Below, in pieces: positions 47,350-51,096 of a stretch of DNA of 51,096 bases. The stretch is from Basidiobolus meristosporus CBS 931.73 (Eukaryota; Fungi; Basidiobolomycota), in contig MCFE01000633.1 of assembly GCA_002104905.1 (NCBI GenBank), positions 1-51,096 on the forward strand, in the 5' to 3' direction. The notes under the pieces were generated by a model. The model was not told the origin of the DNA. It saw only the letters and a program-made list of their open reading frames with translations, and ran no database searches. Positions within the stretch are counted from its first letter, which is position 1. Each line of letters opens with the position of its first letter. The position numbers and the translations under genes were made by a program.

Positions 47350-50300
47350 TGTTGCAAAAATTCGTATTTCCACCTAAATATTCACCTAACTTAGTCACTT
47401 ATATCATTACCTTCAAATCCTAGAAAATACTGACCAAATTCCTTGTCGGGATTTACTTAGAATATTTTCACCAAAATACCAGGTACCCAGAACATGAAAA
47501 TTCTCAAAGTTGTCCAAACAGCCCCAAACTTTGCACACATGTTCTTGGGATCTTCCTTAACCTATTCTACGTGTTTGTTATGCCAAGACCAGGTAAAAGT
47601 ATAAATACTACTTTTGCAATCAATAAATCATTAAGTGAAAAACACATAATCTACTTGTTCTCCAAATCACTTCCAATATCTCCAAGACTCTTACAACAGG
47701 TTATGAGCCCCAAGCTGTCACTCTCTGCAATGTCTACTACTGCTATTACTGGAATTTTTCCCTCTGCTGAAAAGTTGGATGGATCTAACTACCAAGTGTG
47801 GAAGGTGAAGATGAAGATGCGGCTGCAAGAAAGAGGCCTTTGGGATATTGTCATGGGAGAAGAATGCCCTCCTAAAAACGTGGGAGAGGAAGCCTTAAAG
47901 TACCAGAAGAAAGAACAAAGTGCCTTTAACTGCATTTGCCTTAATGTCAAGGACAAATTGCTAATTCAATGCTCAAGAGCAAAAACGGCAAAGAATGCCT
48001 GGAAGGCATTAGAAGACACCTACCAGTCATGTTCAGCTGCCAAGAAAATGTATCTGAGAAGAAAATTCTTTACTACAAAGATGCTGCCAGGAGAAGAAAT
48101 GAAAAATCTAATTAACAGAATTACCCTGCTGGTAGATGAGATGGAATCTGTGGGCGTACCAACTACTGATGAGGATGTGATAGTTACCATCCTGAATAGC
48201 CTGACAGACAAGTTTCAGGGCCTTGTATCAGCCCTAGAGTCCAGAACTGAAGATTTGACCTTAAATTACGTATATGGAAGGCTCCTGGATGAAGAATTAA
48301 GAAAATCAAGCACCAATAAGAAGGAAGGAGAAAATGCTTTAATAAGCAATGATAACCAACAAAGGAGGTACCCAAGACCCTACAAAGGCAACAGCAACCT
48401 ATTTTGCAACTACTGCAAAAGGAAAGGACACACATCAGACCGGTGTCTCAAAAAGAAAGATAATCAGCAAAAGAAGCCTGAATATGGAAATGCTGCAACA
48501 ACTGAAGATAGACTATTCATATCTGCACTGAATATGACCACAAACAAGGATTCTCAGATGCGGTATATTGACTCTGGAGCTTCTCAACACTTTACACACC
48601 AAAAAGAACTTTTTACCCAATATCAAGAAATTCCAATTAAGAAGGTTTTCATGGGTGACAATAGAACACTTGATGCATTGGGAGAAGGAACTATCCAAGT
48701 AAACCTTAGAAGCAGTGAAGGAAGCTATACACTGACCTTTAAAGAAGTACTCTATGTACCAGAAATAGCCAAGAACCTACTCTCTGTAAGCAAGGCCACA
48801 GCAGAAGGACTCAGTTTCAGTTTTGACAATTCTGGATGCAGGATCACTGATCAAAATGGTGCTCATATTGCTTTGGGCATCAGAGATCAGAATCTATACA
48901 AGTTGACTTATATTCCATCATATCTGGAAGCCAATATAAGTAACTTAAATGAAGAAACACCAATGCTTTGGCACAGGAGATTTGGGCACATCAATTTTGA
49001 TTATTTGCGCAAAATGATCAAAGATCAGCTAATTTCTGGAGTGAAAATTGATCCCCCAGCTAATTTGGAGCACTGTGAAGCCTGCATATATGGGAAACAA
49101 GCCAGACAACCGTTCAAGAGCTCTGGGTTAATCAAAACTAAGAAAAAATTAGATCTAATTCACTCAGATCTGTGTGGACCTATGCAAAATTTATCCTTAG
49201 GCGGGATGAAGTATTTAATCACTTTTATTGATGATTATACAAGATACACATGGGTCTACTTCATGGAGAGAAAGGAAGAAGCTCTGTCTAAGTTCAGGGA
49301 GTTTAAAGCCATGGTGGAGAGAGAAACTGGTGAAAAAATCAAGAAAATACGCTCTGACAATGGTGGAGAATATACCTCAAAACTCTTCATCCACTTCTGC
49401 AAAATTCATGGGATAAAGCAAGAGACTACTGCTCCATACTCCCTACAGCAAAATGGAGTAGCAGAACAAGCTAACAGATCAATAATTGATATGGCAAGAT
49501 CTATGATCCATGATCAAAAATTATCCTATGATTTTTGGGCGGAATCAGTTGCCACTGCTGTATACCTTAAAAATAGGAGTTATAACAGAGTACTTTGTGA
49601 TTCTACTCCATTTGAAGCATGGTATGGATACAGACCAAGTGCAGAACATCTAAGAATATTTGGGTGCACAGCATATGCCAAAAAACTGGCCGGAAATCAG
49701 TCAAAATTTGAGCCAAAAAGTATAAAATGCATATTTTTGGGCTACTGCAATGAGAGTAAGGCATACTGACTCTACAATACCAAAGCAAAGAAGCTTATCA
49801 AGTCCAGGGATGTGTTATTTGATGAAAATTCAAAATTTTCACAAAAAATGACATCAGATGATGACAAAAATTTGATCTTAAGTCCACCAATTGTCAGGAT
49901 TGAATTAGAGCAAAACAATGAAAATTTTTTCACTCCAGAGGACTCTACAACCATGGTTCAGCCAGAATCAGTGCCCAGGAATATCCCAGAAGTGATCATT
50001 CCAGTATCAAATGCCCGGAGATCAAATCGGACAAGAAATAGCCCAAATTACTATATTAATGAGGGTACAAACTTAGCCTATGCCTATTCAGTCCATATTG
50101 ATGAACCCCAGACTGTAAAAGAGGCCCTAAATAGCCCTCAGATGAAGTTTTGGAGATCTGCAATGACTGAGGAATATCAGGCCCTGATGGAAAATCAAAC
50201 TTGGGACTTAGTCAAATTACCAATCAACCAAAAATCAATTGGATGCAGATGGGTCTTCAAGACAAAACACAAGGCTGATGGTACAATTGAAAGATACAAA

Positions 50301-50784
50301 GCAAGACTTGTAGCCAAAGGATACTCTCAAACAAAAGGACTTGACTATACTGAGACCTTTGCACCGGTAGCCAAGTTTAATTCCATCAGATTAATATTGG
50401 CTATTGCAGCCAAATATAAGTTTTTTATTCATCAAATGGATGTAAAAACTGCATTTTTGAATGGAGAACTTGATGAGGATGTGTATATGGACCAGCCTGA
50501 TGGGTTTGTTGACCAAGATAACCCCCATTTGGTCTGCAAGCTTAAAAAGTCACTATATGGTCTCAAACAATCACCAAGAGCCTGGAATTGCAAGATAGAT
50601 TCTTAATTGGAATCTTTGAGTTTCAAATGGAGTAATGCTGACTATAGTATATACTATAAGCCAGATAGAGCAAATCCAGTTCTATTAGCTCTATATGTGG
50701 ATGATCTTATTATAGCCACCAATAACCTAGAAACATTGGAAGAGACTAAATCCAGCCTATCTAAGGAGTTCAAGATGTCCAATC
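47350..50784 (+). mobile_element. Ty1/Copia element Copia-2 (5' LTR 47350-47698, PBS GGTTATGAGCCC 47699-47710), cut off within RT
   Basis: 349-bp TG...CA LTR and PBS; colinear gag-PR-IN-RT; RNase H and PPT are absent before the next LTR. Confidence 0.93.
47730..50784 (+). pseudogene. Copia-2 gag-pol: single frame with two premature stops (49767, 50604)
   Basis: CNYCKRKGHTSDRC; YIDSGASQH; WHRRFGH..CEAC; LIHSDLCGP/SDNGGEY; YKARLVAKG, QMDVKTAFLNG, LYVDDLII. Confidence 0.93.
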
Positions 50785-51096
50785 TGTTGTAAAAATTCGT
50801 ATTTTCCACCTAAATATTCACCTAACTTAGTCACTTAGATCATCACCTTCAAATCCTAGAGAATACTGACCAAATTCCTTGTTGGGATTTACTTAGAATA
50901 TTTTCACCAAAATACCAGGTACCCAGAACATGAAAATTCTCAAAGTTGTCCAAACAGCCCCAAACTTTGCACATGTTCTTGGGACCTTCCTTAACCTATT
51001 CTACGTGTTTGTAATGCCAAGACCATGTAAAAGTATAAATACTACTTTTATATTCAATAAATCATTAAGTGAAAACCACATAATCTACTTGTTCTC
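50785..51096 (+). repeat. Second Copia-2-family LTR, runs off the window
   Basis: Starts TGTTGTAAAAATTCG; roughly a dozen substitutions and two small indels relative to 47350-47660. Confidence 0.95.

Noticed and set aside
1-51096. Classical Neurospora-type RIP (CpA to TpA)
   Set aside because: The copy-to-copy differences I inspected centre on CpG, and CA/TG remain abundant.

Overview
This 51 kb window is eukaryotic, probably fungal (inferred from the element types). It consists of nested transposable elements and their relics; I could not support any host gene, RNA gene or CRISPR array. Contents: (i) two full-length copies of a two-gene PIF/Harbinger (PHIS)-like DNA transposon (31017-34428 with both ORFs intact; 40545-43945), plus its foldback MITEs, a mini-MITE and relics, all with AGACTTGTTCC ends and 3-bp all-A/T TSDs; (ii) a nearly intact Ty3/Gypsy chromovirus on the minus strand with a GGGAAAC -1 frameshift signal; (iii) two decayed Gypsy elements; (iv) two Ty1/Copia elements with GGTTATGAGCCC primer sites; (v) many solo LTRs; (vi) two CACTA/EnSpm transposase relics. 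Mutational decay is dominated by CpG to TpG/CpA changes. The strongest candidate for an undescribed system is the Harbinger-like family. Its transposase ORF has no CpG in 885 bp in either copy, while the partner trihelix/Myb-like gene has about 50 CpG and clustered CGCG. Its 730-bp foldback MITEs have homogenised inner arms and a central spacer present in both orientations. All alignments were made by eye; boundaries of decayed relics are approximate.
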